Positions 63,801-64,000 of a stretch of 64,000 bases of DNA are shown here, one piece after another. Positions within the stretch are counted from its first letter, which is position 1, and every line of letters begins with the position of its first letter. The notes beneath the pieces were generated by a model. That model searched no databases and was not told the DNA's origin. It was given only the letters and a program-made list of their open reading frames with translations. This DNA comes from Malacoraja senta (taxonomy: Eukaryota): contig JAXLNO010000455.1 of assembly GCA_038087875.1 (NCBI GenBank), positions 1-64,000 on the forward strand. The letters run 5' to 3'. The translations under genes and the position numbers were made by a program.

Positions 63801-64000
63801 CCATTTGCATTTTCAAACTAAACCACCATTTACATTTTCAAACCAAACTACCATTTGCATTTTAAAACCATCAACCATTTGCATTTTCAAACCATACGAC
63901 CATTTGTATTTTCAAACTAAACCACCATTTACATTTTCAAACCAAACCACCATTTGCATTTTAAAACCAAACCACCATTTTCATTTTCAAAGCAAACCTT
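60822..64000. repeat. Satellite block 3 (same monomer, runs off the window)
   Basis: Same orientation; local duplications with marker TTTAATCCAATTATTTTCC at ~62923, ~63236 and ~63723. Confidence 0.98.

Overview
Eukaryotic heterochromatin-like window with no intact host gene, RNA gene or CRISPR array. The repeat families resemble those of a cartilaginous fish such as a skate or ray (inference). The backbone is an AT-rich 25/22-bp satellite (TTTTGCATTTTCAAAGCAAACCACC) in three blocks: ~4232-7080, 29662-47943 and 60822-64000. Two minus-strand L1 LINE complexes interrupt it. L1-A (7081-29661) is full length and hosts four nested insertions: a non-autonomous Gypsy/Mag-type LTR element (7232-14592), a 5'-inverted L1-B, a CR1 3' fragment and a structurally complete but decayed DIRS1 element. 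L1-C (47944-60821) hosts an internal CR1 fragment and a full-length CR1. The main finding is inside the LTR element, which lacks recognisable RT and integrase. It carries a decayed chimeric reading frame: Gag N-terminal domain, then 13 copies of a KDKGQVQ heptad, then ASPM-like IQ motifs, then the intron-less coiled-coil region of TLK2 ending just before the kinase domain. A 1-kb TIR transposon with a 7-bp TSD interrupts that frame. All homology calls come from motif recognition, not database searches.
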